In this document: positions 52,039 to 63,464 of the stretch, one piece after another
Numbering within the stretch: the first letter of the stretch is position 1
How the letters are laid out: every line of letters begins with the position of its first letter
DNA from: an uncultured Chloroflexia bacterium
GTDB lineage: Bacteria; Chloroflexota; Limnocylindria; QHBO01
Assembly: GCA_963827475.1 (NCBI GenBank)
Contig: CAWHAZ010000002.1
Span: 32,001 to 96,000 of the forward strand
DNA length: 64,000 nucleotides
Direction: 5' to 3'
The notes under the pieces: model-generated
What the model saw: the letters and a program-made list of their open reading frames with translations, nothing else
The model's database searches: none
Told to the model about the DNA's origin: nothing
Position numbers and translations under genes: made by a program

Positions 52039-53211
52039 TCAGCCGCCGCGGAGGGTGGTCCAGGCCTCGGTCCACGCGTCGTAGTCCACGCACGTGGTCG
52101 AGTCGTCATCGTCGGCACAGTCCTCGCGGGCCGTGCTCCAGTACCAGATGTCCTCCCAGTACTCCTCGTCATCGGCATGGGTCAGCTCGCAGTGGCCAGG
52201 CGAGATCGACTCCGCGTACTCGCAGGCCTCGGCGCTGGTCGGTGCCTCGCCGAAGTACACGGTGGCCTGGCCGTTGGCCTCGGCCGATGCCATGTGGTTC
52301 ATCCACATGTACATGCAGTTCGGATTGGCCGCCTCGCTGGCGATCATCCAGGTGTCTGACCAGCCGGTCGCACCCTCGGCCGGCTTGATGGCCTCGATCG
52401 GGGACGGCGGGTCGGTGAGGAGCAGCTGGTTCACCTGGAACTGCCAGGTCGTACCGATCGTGATGTCACCGGCCGCAAAGGCCGTGATCTGGTCGGCGAA
52501 CGTCGCCCCGTTCCAGAACTGCGGGTTGTGCTCGTTCTGGTGCTCGAGGAGCTCGATAGCCGCGTCGAACTGCTCCTGGGTGAGCTGGTACGGGTTGGTG
52601 ATGCCCATGTCGTCATCGGACGCCATGATGTGGATTGCCGCATCGGCGATGAAGTCCGGTGAGTCGAAGATGCTCAGCTGACCTTCGTAGTTGCCGGCGT
52701 CTTCCCACAGGCCGTTCTGGGTGGTCTGTGGTTCGACCTCCTCCGTGTTCCACGCCAACAGGTTAGGTCCGCGGCCGTGGGGCATGCCGTAGGGCACTCC
52801 ATCGAGCGAGTTGTGGGCCTGCAGCTTCAGGCCCTCGAAGACGTTGGCGTAGTTCGGAAGCAGCTCGACGTTCACCGGGGCGACATCACCCGCGGCCATC
52901 AGCCGGTCGGTGGCGTTTCCCGAGAACGAGCCGCCGTCATATTCACCCGAGCGCAGGAGCTGAACACCGCTGGCGGAGTCGGCCTGGACCGACGAGTTGA
53001 CGATGCAGCCGGTCTCCTCCTCGAATGGCGTGACCCAGTCGAACTCGGGGAATGCCGAGCCATCCTCGGCGTAGCCGCTCCAGATGACGAGATTCAGCTC
53101 GCCCTCTCCATCGCCCAGCTGCTCCAGCATCCCGCTGGGACCGGACTGCCCGCAGGCGGCCAGCACCATCACGGTGGCCATGGCAAGGACAGGAATGCGT
53201 AGTTGCCTCAT
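52039..53211 (-). CDS. Polyamine-type ABC substrate-binding lipoprotein (PotD/YdcS-like)
   Basis: Lipobox LAAC, WSGYAE, DWVTPFEEETGC, P.EGATGWSDTWM, NPNCMY.W. Confidence 0.9.
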   Translation of the reverse strand: MRQLRIPVLAMATVMVLAACGQSGPSGMLEQLGDGEGELNLVIWSGYAEDGSAFPEFDWVTPFEEETGCIVNSSVQADSASGVQLLRSGEYDGGSFSGNATDRLMAAGDVAPVNVELLPNYANVFEGLKLQAHNSLDGVPYGMPHGRGPNLLAWNTEEVEPQTTQNGLWEDAGNYEGQLSIFDSPDFIADAAIHIMASDDDMGITNPYQLTQEQFDAAIELLEHQNEHNPQFWNGATFADQITAFAAGDITIGTTWQFQVNQLLLTDPPSPIEAIKPAEGATGWSDTWMIASEAANPNCMYMWMNHMASAEANGQATVYFGEAPTSAEACEYAESISPGHCELTHADDEEYWEDIWYWSTAREDCADDDDSTTCVDYDAWTEAWTTLRGG

Positions 53212-54320
53212 GTAAGGTCCACTCCCTCTTGTGCCCCCTCCGTTTCCTGGCCGACGGCCAGGCTCAACACGTGATGCCGTTTCCAGATCAGCCGGACGGG
53301 CTTGCCCTGGGCGGCAAGAGCCTCCATGGATGAGGTCTGCAGGTTCTGCTGGGTGACGACCAGCTCGCCACCCACATCGAGCGCAACGATATATCGGGTG
53401 TCCGACCCGAGGTAGACCACTTCCCGCACGCTCCCAAGGGCCGATTGCTCGTCTGATTCAGGCTCGGCGCCGGGGTCGGTGATCCGAATCTTTTCCGGCC
53501 GGACGGTGAACGTCCCCGACTGACCGATGACGGCTCGCGCGGCCTCGTCCTTCAGCAGGTTCGAGGTGCCGACGAAGCCGGCCACGAACGGGGTCGTCGG
53601 GTGCTCATACACGTCTGCCGGGGTCCCAACCTGCTCGATACCGCCCCGATTGAACACGGCGAGGCGGTCGCTCATGGTCAGCGCCTCTTCCTGGTCGTGC
53701 GTGACGTAGATGAAGGTGATCCCCACCTCCTTCTGGATGTCCTTCAGCTCGATCTGCATCTGCTCGCGGAGCTTCAGGTCAAGGGCACCCAGCGGCTCGT
53801 CGAGGAGCAGGACCCGGGGCCGGTTCACGAGGGCGCGGGCAAGGGCGACACGCTGGCGCTGCCCACCGGACAGCTGGTTGGGCTTGCGCTTCTCGAACCC
53901 CTCGAGGCGGACCATCTCCATCGCCTCGTTGACCCGAACGTCGCGCTCGGCCTTTGCCACCTTCCGGACCTCGAGGCCGTACGCGATGTTCTCACCCACC
54001 GTCATGTGCGGGAACAGGGCGTAGTCCTGGAAGACCGTGTTCACGTCCCGGTCGAACGGCGGGACAGCGCTCACGTCCTTGCCGTGGAGCAGCACACGAC
54101 CAGCGGTTGGCAGCTCGAAGCCGGCGATCAGCCGCAGGGTCGTGGTCTTCCCCGACCCCGATGGTCCGAGCATGGAGAAGAACTCACCGTCAGCGATCTC
54201 GAGGTTGATACCGGCGACCGCGGCCACGTCGCCAAAGGTCTTCTCCAGGTTCTCGAGCGCGACCGCGGGGATGGCGCCGCGGGTCGCCGGTGCAGCCTGT
54301 TGAGCAGTCTCGATCGCCAC
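53208..54320 (-). CDS. Polyamine-type ABC ATP-binding protein (PotA-like)
   Basis: [44 protein letters not shown]; start placed at a GTG with SD GAGGTG. Confidence 0.93.
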   Translation of the reverse strand: MAIETAQQAAPATRGAIPAVALENLEKTFGDVAAVAGINLEIADGEFFSMLGPSGSGKTTTLRLIAGFELPTAGRVLLHGKDVSAVPPFDRDVNTVFQDYALFPHMTVGENIAYGLEVRKVAKAERDVRVNEAMEMVRLEGFEKRKPNQLSGGQRQRVALARALVNRPRVLLLDEPLGALDLKLREQMQIELKDIQKEVGITFIYVTHDQEEALTMSDRLAVFNRGGIEQVGTPADVYEHPTTPFVAGFVGTSNLLKDEAARAVIGQSGTFTVRPEKIRITDPGAEPESDEQSALGSVREVVYLGSDTRYIVALDVGGELVVTQQNLQTSSMEALAAQGKPVRLIWKRHHVLSLAVGQETEGAQEGVDLT

Positions 54321-54445
54321 GGACACCTCGAGGACGGGACGCGCCAGGGCTCGGGCGCGGAGGATTGGCGCACTGTGCGGCGCACGGCCGCGCCGTGTCA
54401 AGGTCGGTGGCTGATAGAGTCCGGAGCCGTGTCCGGAGAGCATTC

Positions 54446-55288
54446 GTGAACCCCGGCGTCCTGTGGGGCCTCGCCACGGCCGCCGCCTGGGGCACGGCCG
54501 ACTTCGCCGGTGGCCTCGCCTCCCGCCGCTCGGTACCGATGGTCGTCACGGCGGGTTCCCAGGGAATTGGGCTCATCGTCCTGGCCTTCGGCGCGCTGGC
54601 CCTGCGGCCTCCGCTCCCACCCCTGGAGGCCATGGCCGTCGGTGCGATCGCCGGGATCGGCGGCGGACTGGGCCTGGCGTTCCTGTACGAGGGCCTGGCC
54701 CGCGGGGCGATGGGCATCGTGTCGTCGCTCGCGGGGGCAGGAGCCGTGGTCATCCCGCTGCTCGTCAGCCTCGTCCTGGGAACGGAGATAGCGGCCCCCG
54801 CCCTCGTGGGGGTAGGCCTGATCCTGCTGGCCGGGCTCGCGGCCGCCGACGTGTCCCGCGACCAGGCCAGCCGTGCGTCGCTGTTGCTTGCTTTCGGAGC
54901 GGCCGTCGGGTTCGCGGCGTGGTACCTGCTCATCGACCAGGTCGCTGACGAGGGGCGGCTCTGGGTCCTGATCGCCAGCCGCAGCGCCTCGACGCTGCTG
55001 CTGGTCACCATCGTCCTCGCGACCCGCGCGCGCGATGGCATCCCGACCCTGCGCCCGGTCCTGCCGTTCGTGGCACTCGCCGGCATCCTCGATGTCGGCG
55101 CCAACGTCTTCTTCGTCCTGGCCCGTGGCGACATCAGCGTCGCGCTGGCCGCCACCATCTCCGGCCTCTACCCGCTGTTCACGATGACCCTCGCCCGCGT
55201 CGTCCTCGGCGAACGCCTCCCACGGCTGGGCCTGGTGGCGGTCGTGATGGCGGTGGCCGGGACGGTCCTCATTTCGGTGGCGCGCTGA
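54446..55288 (+). CDS. EamA/DMT family transporter
   Basis: WGTADFAGGLASRR, 10 TM, SGLYP, LGERL. Confidence 0.9.
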   Translation: MNPGVLWGLATAAAWGTADFAGGLASRRSVPMVVTAGSQGIGLIVLAFGALALRPPLPPLEAMAVGAIAGIGGGLGLAFLYEGLARGAMGIVSSLAGAGAVVIPLLVSLVLGTEIAAPALVGVGLILLAGLAAADVSRDQASRASLLLAFGAAVGFAAWYLLIDQVADEGRLWVLIASRSASTLLLVTIVLATRARDGIPTLRPVLPFVALAGILDVGANVFFVLARGDISVALAATISGLYPLFTMTLARVVLGERLPRLGLVAVVMAVAGTVLISVAR

Positions 55289-55295
55289 CCCGCCC

Positions 55296-55469
55296 GTCTT
55301 GATAAGCCGGCAGTAAGCCGCCGGTACCGACTCACACGCTGTCATCGGTCTGGCGCGGGTCCCGGGAGTAGCCATTCCCGGTTCGGCGAACGCCGAGCAG
55401 GCGAGGAACAGACCGATGTCGACCCCGAGCGGGGCCACGACCGGCGGCGGCTGGCCGGCTTAAGGAGAC
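55296..55469 (+). ncRNA. ssrS: Candidate 6S RNA
   Basis: About 174-nt rod. Closing stems GTCTT/GAGAC, TAAGCCGGC/GCCGGCTTA and GCCGCCGGT/ACCGGCGGC. Central bubble has a 15-nt 5' strand (ACCGACTCACACGCT) and a 3' strand with a CCCC-GAGC-GGGG hairpin. Inner stem CATCGGTCTG/CAGACCGATG, then two apical hairpins; G-U pairs favour the + strand. Confidence 0.68.
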
Positions 55470-55548
55470 ACCGGCGGCGGCCCCGAGCCGCCTCGGCGCT
55501 GGGCGCGGCTATCATGGCCGCGACCCATCTGCCCGAGGTCGCTTCTGC

Positions 55549-57832
<2,284 letters not shown>

Positions 57833-57836
<4 letters not shown>

Positions 57837-58921
57837 CAACGGCCCAAACGCTCGACGAGCGACCGCGCGCCGTCCTCGTCCTGCCAGGCCGTGGCGCCTA
57901 CGCCGCCGCCACCCTGGGTGCGATCCCGACTGACCATCCGCTCGTCGCTCGGGCCGAGGCGATCCGAGCGGAGCTGGGGCTCGACAGCCTGCTCGCGCTC
58001 GACGCAGCCGACACCTTCGAGCCATCGGTCCATCTCCGGCCGGCGAACGCCTCGCCGCTCATCTTCCTGGCGGGGGTCCTGGATGCCGAACGGGCGACGG
58101 CCGACCATCGGCTGGTGGCCATCATCGGCAACTCGCTGGGCTGGTCCACCGCGCTTGCCGTGTCCGGCGCACTCGAGTTCGATGACGCCTTCCGGCTGGT
58201 CCAGGGCATCGCCCTGCTCCAGGAGGAGGCGGTGGACGCCGGGGTCACCGGCGGCCAGCTCATCTACCCGCGGGTCGGCGTCGACTGGCAACCGGTCGAG
58301 GCATTCACTGCCGCGCTGGACGCGGCCCTGACCGATGGCGCCGATACCGAAAACCTCGATGCCGATGGCCGCGGCAACGAGGATGGGGCGACCGATTCCG
58401 ACCGGGCGTATCCGAGCGTCGACCTCGGCGCCTACCTGGTTCTGGCCGCGTCGGAACCGGGAATCGCGCGCCTGCTTGATGTTTTGCCGCCGGTGAAGAT
58501 CGGTGAGCGCCAGTTCCCGCTCCGCCTCGCCTACCACGGCCCGTACCACACGCCACTGCTGGCCGAGGTTGCCAGCGCGGCCCGGGCTCGTTTCTCGACG
58601 CTGGACTGGCGTGCGCCGTCTGTGACCCTGATCGACGGGCGCGGATCTCGGTTCACACCGTGGGCCACCAATCCCGTCGACCTGGCGTGGTACACCCTCG
58701 GCGATCAGATCGTCACGCCGTACCAGTTTGCGGCGAGCGCCCGGGTCGCGCTCCGCGAATACGCACCCGATGTCCTGGTCCTGACCGGACCGGGGAACAC
58801 GCTCGGCGGCGTGACCGGCCAGCTGGTCGTGGCCGAGGGGTATCGAGGGATTCGAACCCGGGCCGACTTCGAGTCCGCCCAAGCCGGCGCCGCTCCCCTC
58901 GTCCTGTCGATGGGTCGCTGA
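57833..58921 (+). CDS. FabD-like acyltransferase (ACP S-malonyltransferase fold, GNSLG variant)
   Basis: VLVLPGRGAY, IIGNSLGW, YHTPLL, GPGNTL; ATGA-coupled to the E1 gene. Confidence 0.8.
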
Positions 58922-58928
58922 CCGGCCG

Positions 58929-59282
58929 ATGGACTGCCGGCTCGTTTCCTTCGGACTGATCGAGATCGACGGGAAGCGGTACGACCGCGACGTCGTCGTG
59001 GAGGCCGGCGAAGTTCGACGCCGGAAGAAGGGTCCGTCGAAGCCGCGGAAGGCGGAGTTCGGGCACACCCCGCTGACGTCGGATGAGGCAATTCCGTGGT
59101 CCGGACGGCAGCTCATCGTCGGGACCGGCGCCAGCGGGCAGCTACCGATCACCGATGACCTCTACCGCGAGGCGGCGCGGCGCGGAGTCGAGATCATCGC
59201 ACGGCCGACGGCCGAGGCCTGCGAGCTCATCTCCGCCAGCGACGATCCATCGGTGGCGGCCGTCCTCCACGTGACCTGCTAG
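58929..59282 (+). CDS. Mth938-like (DUF498/598) domain protein
   Basis: FGLIEIDG..Y..D, R.K..SK....GHTP, LIVGTG..G, T.EAC, LHVTC*. Confidence 0.85.
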   Translation: MDCRLVSFGLIEIDGKRYDRDVVVEAGEVRRRKKGPSKPRKAEFGHTPLTSDEAIPWSGRQLIVGTGASGQLPITDDLYREAARRGVEIIARPTAEACELISASDDPSVAAVLHVTC

Positions 59283-59312
59283 TCCGGACGGGCCCGCCTG
59301 ACGTCGATGGGG

Positions 59313-59389
59313 TGGCGTCCCCGGCAGGATTCGAACCTGCGACCCGCTGCTTAGAAGGCAGCCGCTCTGGTCCACTGAGCTACGGGGAC
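59313..59389 (-). tRNA. tRNA-Arg (TCT)
   Basis: Reverse complement GTCCCCGTAGCTCAGTGGACCAGAGCGGCTGCC-TTCTAA-GCAGC...GGTTCGAATCC...GGGGACGCCA; cloverleaf with encoded CCA. Confidence 0.97.
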
Positions 59390-59424
59390 CGGGCACAGAA
59401 TAGAGGCGATAGACTGATCCGACC

Positions 59425-59724
59425 ATGCCCGACGAGCCCGTCGCTCCCCCGCCGCAGCTCCAGCCGACGCAGCTGGAGATCGACAAGGGTCTGCTCCGCG
59501 ACGAGGACCTGCTGAACCCCGAGCACCTGCGGCGAATGGACCAAACCCTGCTCCGGCGGAACCTGGACCACGCCCGGATCACCTCGCGCAAGCTGTCGCT
59601 CGAGCTCCAGCAGTACGTGCACCTCTACACGCCCGAGGCGAACGAGCTGCGTCGCCGGATCGAGAAATACCTGGTCATGGAGCAGCTGATTGAAAGGGAG
59701 ATGGCTCGCCGCCACACGTACTGA
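59425..59724 (+). CDS. Hypothetical protein (99 aa, helical)
   Basis: GC3-rich codon usage; TAGACT 9 nt before the ATG; fills the gap. Confidence 0.75.
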   Translation: MPDEPVAPPPQLQPTQLEIDKGLLRDEDLLNPEHLRRMDQTLLRRNLDHARITSRKLSLELQQYVHLYTPEANELRRRIEKYLVMEQLIEREMARRHTY

Positions 59725-59744
59725 GGCCCCCAAACGGCCGAATT

Positions 59745-59784
59745 TGTGGATATCTACGGGCCCTCGGGCGGCCATCGTGGATAA
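59745..59784 (-). promoter_or_regulatory. Two DnaA-box-like motifs
   Basis: Reverse complements ATATCCACA (59745-59753) and TTATCCACG (59776-59784), each 8/9 to TTATCCACA. Confidence 0.55.
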
Positions 59785-59899
59785 CTCGGACGGGGGCCAA
59801 CGGGCCGCCGCCGGGGTTCGCGGTGCGGGTCCGGCCGGTTGATGGACGAGAGCGCTCCTGCGGAGGGAGCGGCGGCCTATCTCGGGCTCGGTTTCCTCC

Positions 59900-60283
59900 C
59901 TAGCCGCCCAGCGGCCCGACCAGCACGGGCTCTGGGGCGTCCGGCAGACCGGCCAGCACCTCGCGGACCCACGCGGCCAGGCGCGGCATCTCGAACAGCG
60001 AAAACGTCACGCCGTAGGCCTCCAACTGGTCGAAGCCCCATCCATTGAACTCCCGGCGTGCGGCCACGACCCACATTTCGTCGTAGAGGTCGGGCCAGGC
60101 CCGCGGCCGGCGCCGATGGCAGAACCGGATGAATTCGGCGACCTCGGGCGGCGGGGAGGCGGGCAGGTCACCGTCTTCGGCGCGCTCAAGCAGCGCGTCG
60201 GGAGTCGGAACGGGTGTCTCGGGTTGCTGCACGACGAGGAGGCGACTCGATAAGGACGGCAATACCGATGAATTGGCTGACAC
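59900..60283 (-). CDS. Hypothetical protein (FIRFC..RR...WP.LYDEM..VA motif)
   Basis: Protein-like composition; the motif is recalled from other Chloroflexota hypotheticals (unverified). The true start may be a downstream GTG near 60231. Confidence 0.7.
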   Translation of the reverse strand: MSANSSVLPSLSSRLLVVQQPETPVPTPDALLERAEDGDLPASPPPEVAEFIRFCHRRRPRAWPDLYDEMWVVAARREFNGWGFDQLEAYGVTFSLFEMPRLAAWVREVLAGLPDAPEPVLVGPLGG

Positions 60284-60340
60284 CGATGCTAGGCGTCGGC
60301 GCCGAATGGTAGGAGCCGATGGCGACCACCGATAGGGGTA

Positions 60341-60415
60341 ATGTCCACCAACTTTTCCACATTCCTTTCCACCGCCCCGTCGCGGGTGGACAGGTCAGCG
60401 TCAGGCGGTGGACAG
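60341..60415. promoter_or_regulatory. Cluster of five DnaA-box-like motifs
   Basis: ATGTCCACC 60341, TTTTCCACA 60353 and CTTTCCACC 60365 (12-bp period), then inverted CTGTCCACC at 60385-60393 and 60407-60415. Confidence 0.55.
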
Positions 60416-61538
60416 ATGCCGAAATCGGACCTCGCGGCTGGCGGCGTCCGGATCGAGGAAGGCGAGGAGCCGCTCGCCCTCCGCGCCGATCGCGTCGATG
60501 TCGCGGCCATCCAGCGCCTCCAACAGCGCGACGTCGAGGGCGGCCGAGTGCTGCGCGCGGTCGCGTTCCAGGCGCCAGATCGCGCGGCCGAAGCCGTCGA
60601 CCAGGATCGAGCCGAAGCTGATCATGTCGAGCGTCAGCAACCGCTTCCGATGGTGCTCGTCGATGATCCGGCTGCGGTCCGCGTGGCCGAGCCCAACGTT
60701 GTCGTAGACGGGAAGGAAGCGCACCGGAGCCGGGGTCTCCGGGTCAGGCAGCTCCCCGTCGGCGACGTCCAGCAGCTCTCGTCCCTGCTCGTCCTGAAAC
60801 GCGCGGAGCCGCGGTCGTAGCCGGTCGAGGATCTGTGCGGCGCCGGGGAGGCCCGACCACTCCCGGACGTCCGCCGCCGTCGCCGGACCGAACGCAGCGA
60901 GGTAGCGGAGGACGAGGTCATCCGGCGAAGGGTCGGAGGACATCGGCTTGTCGAGCCACGACTCGAGCAGCGCCCACCTCGCCTGGCCGGACCGCCGCCA
61001 CAACCCGCGGGGCGGAACCTGGACGACCGGAACGAGGTAAGTCACCGCCTGCGCCAAGGCCGTTCCGTCGGCGTGCGGCCAGCGTTCGCCCAGCAGGCTC
61101 CGTAACTCGGCCCGCGTCCGCGGCTCCGCATCCAGCAGGGTCGACCCGGCAGCGGTCACCTCGGCCGCGTCGACTCCGCCCTCGACCAGCCGGCGGCCGA
61201 ACAGGCTCTTCGGCGTCATGTGCCGCGCGAGGACCGGCTGCAAGGATCGGTCGCATCATCAGCGCGTCGCGAGCGGTGACCAGGTGGATGGTCGCTCGGA
61301 GCAATTGACCGCGGACCACCTGCCGCTCCGCGAGCATGTCAGACAGGATCATCGGGTCGAAGCCTTCGATCCTCGACCACAGCGCGACGTACGGATCCGT
61401 GACCTCCTGCGCCTGGAGCGCGACGAGATGCTCGATGACCTCCGCCGGCGGCCGGTCGACCCGCTCCAGCAGCAGCTGCCGGGCCAGAAGCGCCCGGTTG
61501 AGGTCCCGTCGATCCAGGGTCCGAATGCTCACGGTCAT
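60401..61538 (-). CDS. AlkZ/YcaQ-like (HTH_42) winged-helix DNA glycosylase (frameshift near 61243)
   Basis: LNRALLARQLLL, LQAQ (QxQ), LWSRI, RATIHLV, RYLAAFGPAT.AD..WSGL, RFLP.YDN. Confidence 0.88.
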
Positions 61539-61576
61539 CGACGACTTCCATTGATGGCGTCTCGTACGATCGTATC

Positions 61577-62425
61577 GTGCAGCTCCGCAGGAAACGGTTC
61601 GACCACCCCGACGAGATTCGGACCGTCGAGAAAGCGCGGATCGAGCTCGTCGAGCTGGGGGACGCCGCGATCGGCTTTGCCACCTTCGAGCCCGGGTGGC
61701 ATTGGGCGGAGCACGTCAAACCCATCGTCGAAACCGAGACGTGCGAGGTGCATCACCTCGGCTACGTGATGTCCGGGCACCTCCATGTCGACATGGACGA
61801 TGGTGCGTCCATCGACCTCACCGCCGGCGACGTGTTCGAGGTCCCGCCCGGACACGTCGCGTACGTCATCGGCGACGAGCCGTGGACGTCGATCGACTTC
61901 GCCGGTCGTCGGATGTTTGCCAAGGCGCCGACGGAAGAGACGAAGCGGAAGTTCGCGACGATCGTGTTCACCGATCTCTCGCGATCCACCGAGACCGCCC
62001 GCCAGATGGGCGACACGCGCTGGCGCACGCTCCTGGCCGAGCAAAACCAGGCGGCGAGATCCCAGATCGAGCGCTTCAGCGGGCGGGAGATTCAAACGAC
62101 CGGCGATGGGTTCCTCGTCATGTTCGACCACCCCGGCCAGGCGGTGCGTGGGGCCGCGGCGATGGTGGATACCGCGACGAGCTACGGGCTCACCGCTCGA
62201 GCGGGCATCCACACCGGTGAGGTCGAGCTCCAGGGCGATGACGTTCGCGGAATCGCCGTCCACATGGCGGCGCGCATCGTGGCCATTGCCGAGCCCGGGG
62301 AGGTCCTCGTCTCCGGGACGGTCCGGGATCTTCTCGCGGGATCCGGGCTCGAGTTCACCGAGCGTGGCGCGTTCGAACTCCGAGGCATCGAAGGCCACAG
62401 GGTTCTCGCCACCCTCGTTCGCTGA
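61577..62425 (+). CDS. Cupin domain fused to a class III nucleotide cyclase domain
   Basis: N-terminal FEPGW.W..HVKP....C..HH.GY..SG..H...PPGH cupin; C-terminal VFTDL..ST, QTTGDGF, RAGIHTGE, G.AVH.AARI. Confidence 0.9.
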   Translation: MQLRRKRFDHPDEIRTVEKARIELVELGDAAIGFATFEPGWHWAEHVKPIVETETCEVHHLGYVMSGHLHVDMDDGASIDLTAGDVFEVPPGHVAYVIGDEPWTSIDFAGRRMFAKAPTEETKRKFATIVFTDLSRSTETARQMGDTRWRTLLAEQNQAARSQIERFSGREIQTTGDGFLVMFDHPGQAVRGAAAMVDTATSYGLTARAGIHTGEVELQGDDVRGIAVHMAARIVAIAEPGEVLVSGTVRDLLAGSGLEFTERGAFELRGIEGHRVLATLVR

Positions 62426-62444
62426 TCGCGGCGGCAGCCTCAGC

Positions 62445-62840
62445 GTGGATCCGTTGACCCCGACGTCGCTGGCCGCGGTGCTGGCGACGGCTGGGTTCCT
62501 CCTCCTGGCCGGCTTCCAGGCCGCACTCGCCGCCGGCGCTCCGTGGGGGAGAGCGGCGTGGGGTGGAGGGCAGGCTGTGCTGCCCCGAAATCTGCGGATT
62601 GCCAGTGTGGTGTCAATGGTGATCTGGCTGGGTGCGGCCGCGATCATCCTGGCTCGCGCCGGGCTTGCAGTGACTCAGATCTCGGACGCCATCGCGTACT
62701 GGGCCACGTGGCTGCTCGTGGCCCTGCTCTTGGTCGGCGCCGTCGTGAACTTCGCTTCTTCGAGCCCGTACGAGCGATTCGGATGGGCGCCGTTCGCGCT
62801 GGTGATGGCCCTGCTGACGCTGGTCGTGGCCCTGAGCTAG
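62445..62840 (+). CDS. Four-TM hypothetical membrane protein
   Basis: FQAALAAGAPWGRAAWGG...LP..LRIAS...NFASSS..ER..WAP; in-frame GTG 62445. Confidence 0.8.
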   Translation: MDPLTPTSLAAVLATAGFLLLAGFQAALAAGAPWGRAAWGGGQAVLPRNLRIASVVSMVIWLGAAAIILARAGLAVTQISDAIAYWATWLLVALLLVGAVVNFASSSPYERFGWAPFALVMALLTLVVALS

Positions 62841-62863
62841 ACCGGTATCGCGATGGGTGAAAG

Positions 62864-62940
62864 TGGTACCGCATACCGGATTCGAACCGGTGATCTCCGC
62901 CTTGAGAGGGCGGTGTCCTAGGCCTCTAGACGAATGCGGC
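62864..62940 (-). tRNA. tRNA-Glu (CTC)
   Basis: Reverse complement GCCGCATTCGTCTAGAGGCCTAGGACACCGCC-CTCTCAA-GGCGG...GGTTCGAATCC...TGCGGTACCA; extended -10 TGtTATACT upstream. Confidence 0.97.
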
Positions 62941-63018
62941 ACGCCGCGGCGCGTCCCGGTCGGGAGGGCCGGCGGGAGTATAACAACGCTCATCTGAGAC
63001 CCTCAAAGAGGCAGGCCC

Positions 63019-63455
63019 GTGCGCGCACAAAACCAGATCACCATCCTCCGTCCGGCCGAGGAGGTTTTCGCGGTGCTGACCGATGCGCCGACCATCACCC
63101 GTGGGCGTCGACCACCGACCGGGCCTGGTGGGTGACGCCGCCGCCGTACGGCGTCGGATCGGTCCGTCGCGCCACCGGCGTCGTGCGGGGTCAGCGGTTC
63201 GAGAACGAGGCGACCATCGTCGAGCACGATCCACCCCGACGCCAGGTGCTGTCCGGCGAGGAGTCCGGCGCGAAGTTCCGGGTCACGGTGGACTTGGCGC
63301 CGGTGCCCGACGGGACCACCGTGACGGTGACCTCGGACATCGAGCTGACCGGCGGGATGCGCTTCCTCGGACCGATGATCTCGCGGGAGTACCGCAAGAC
63401 GTGGGACGCCGACCTGGCGAGCCTCAAGCGGATGATGGAGGCCGGCGAGCTGTAA
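63019..63455 (+). CDS. SRPBCC/START-like family protein (frameshift in the 5' part)
   Basis: GTG RAQNQITILRPAEEVFAVLTD then ...GVGS...EHDPPR...GTTVT...DLASLKRMME. Confidence 0.8.
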
Positions 63456-63464
63456 GGGGCCTGC

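Noticed and set aside
55289-55548. TPP riboswitch upstream of the ThDP-dependent E1
   Set aside because: Lacks the CTGAGA and CCTGA..GGA signature; the fold is a closed rod, and a separate TATCAT -10 lies downstream of it.
61577-62840. Pycsar-like anti-phage system (cyclase plus TM effector)
   Set aside because: The cyclase resembles Rv1900c-type signalling cyclases, the membrane protein shows no cyclic-nucleotide-binding region, and there is no defence-island context.
59390-62863. Genomic island integrated at tRNA-Glu or tRNA-Arg
   Set aside because: No integrase and no duplicated tRNA 3' end (att repeat) found by eye.
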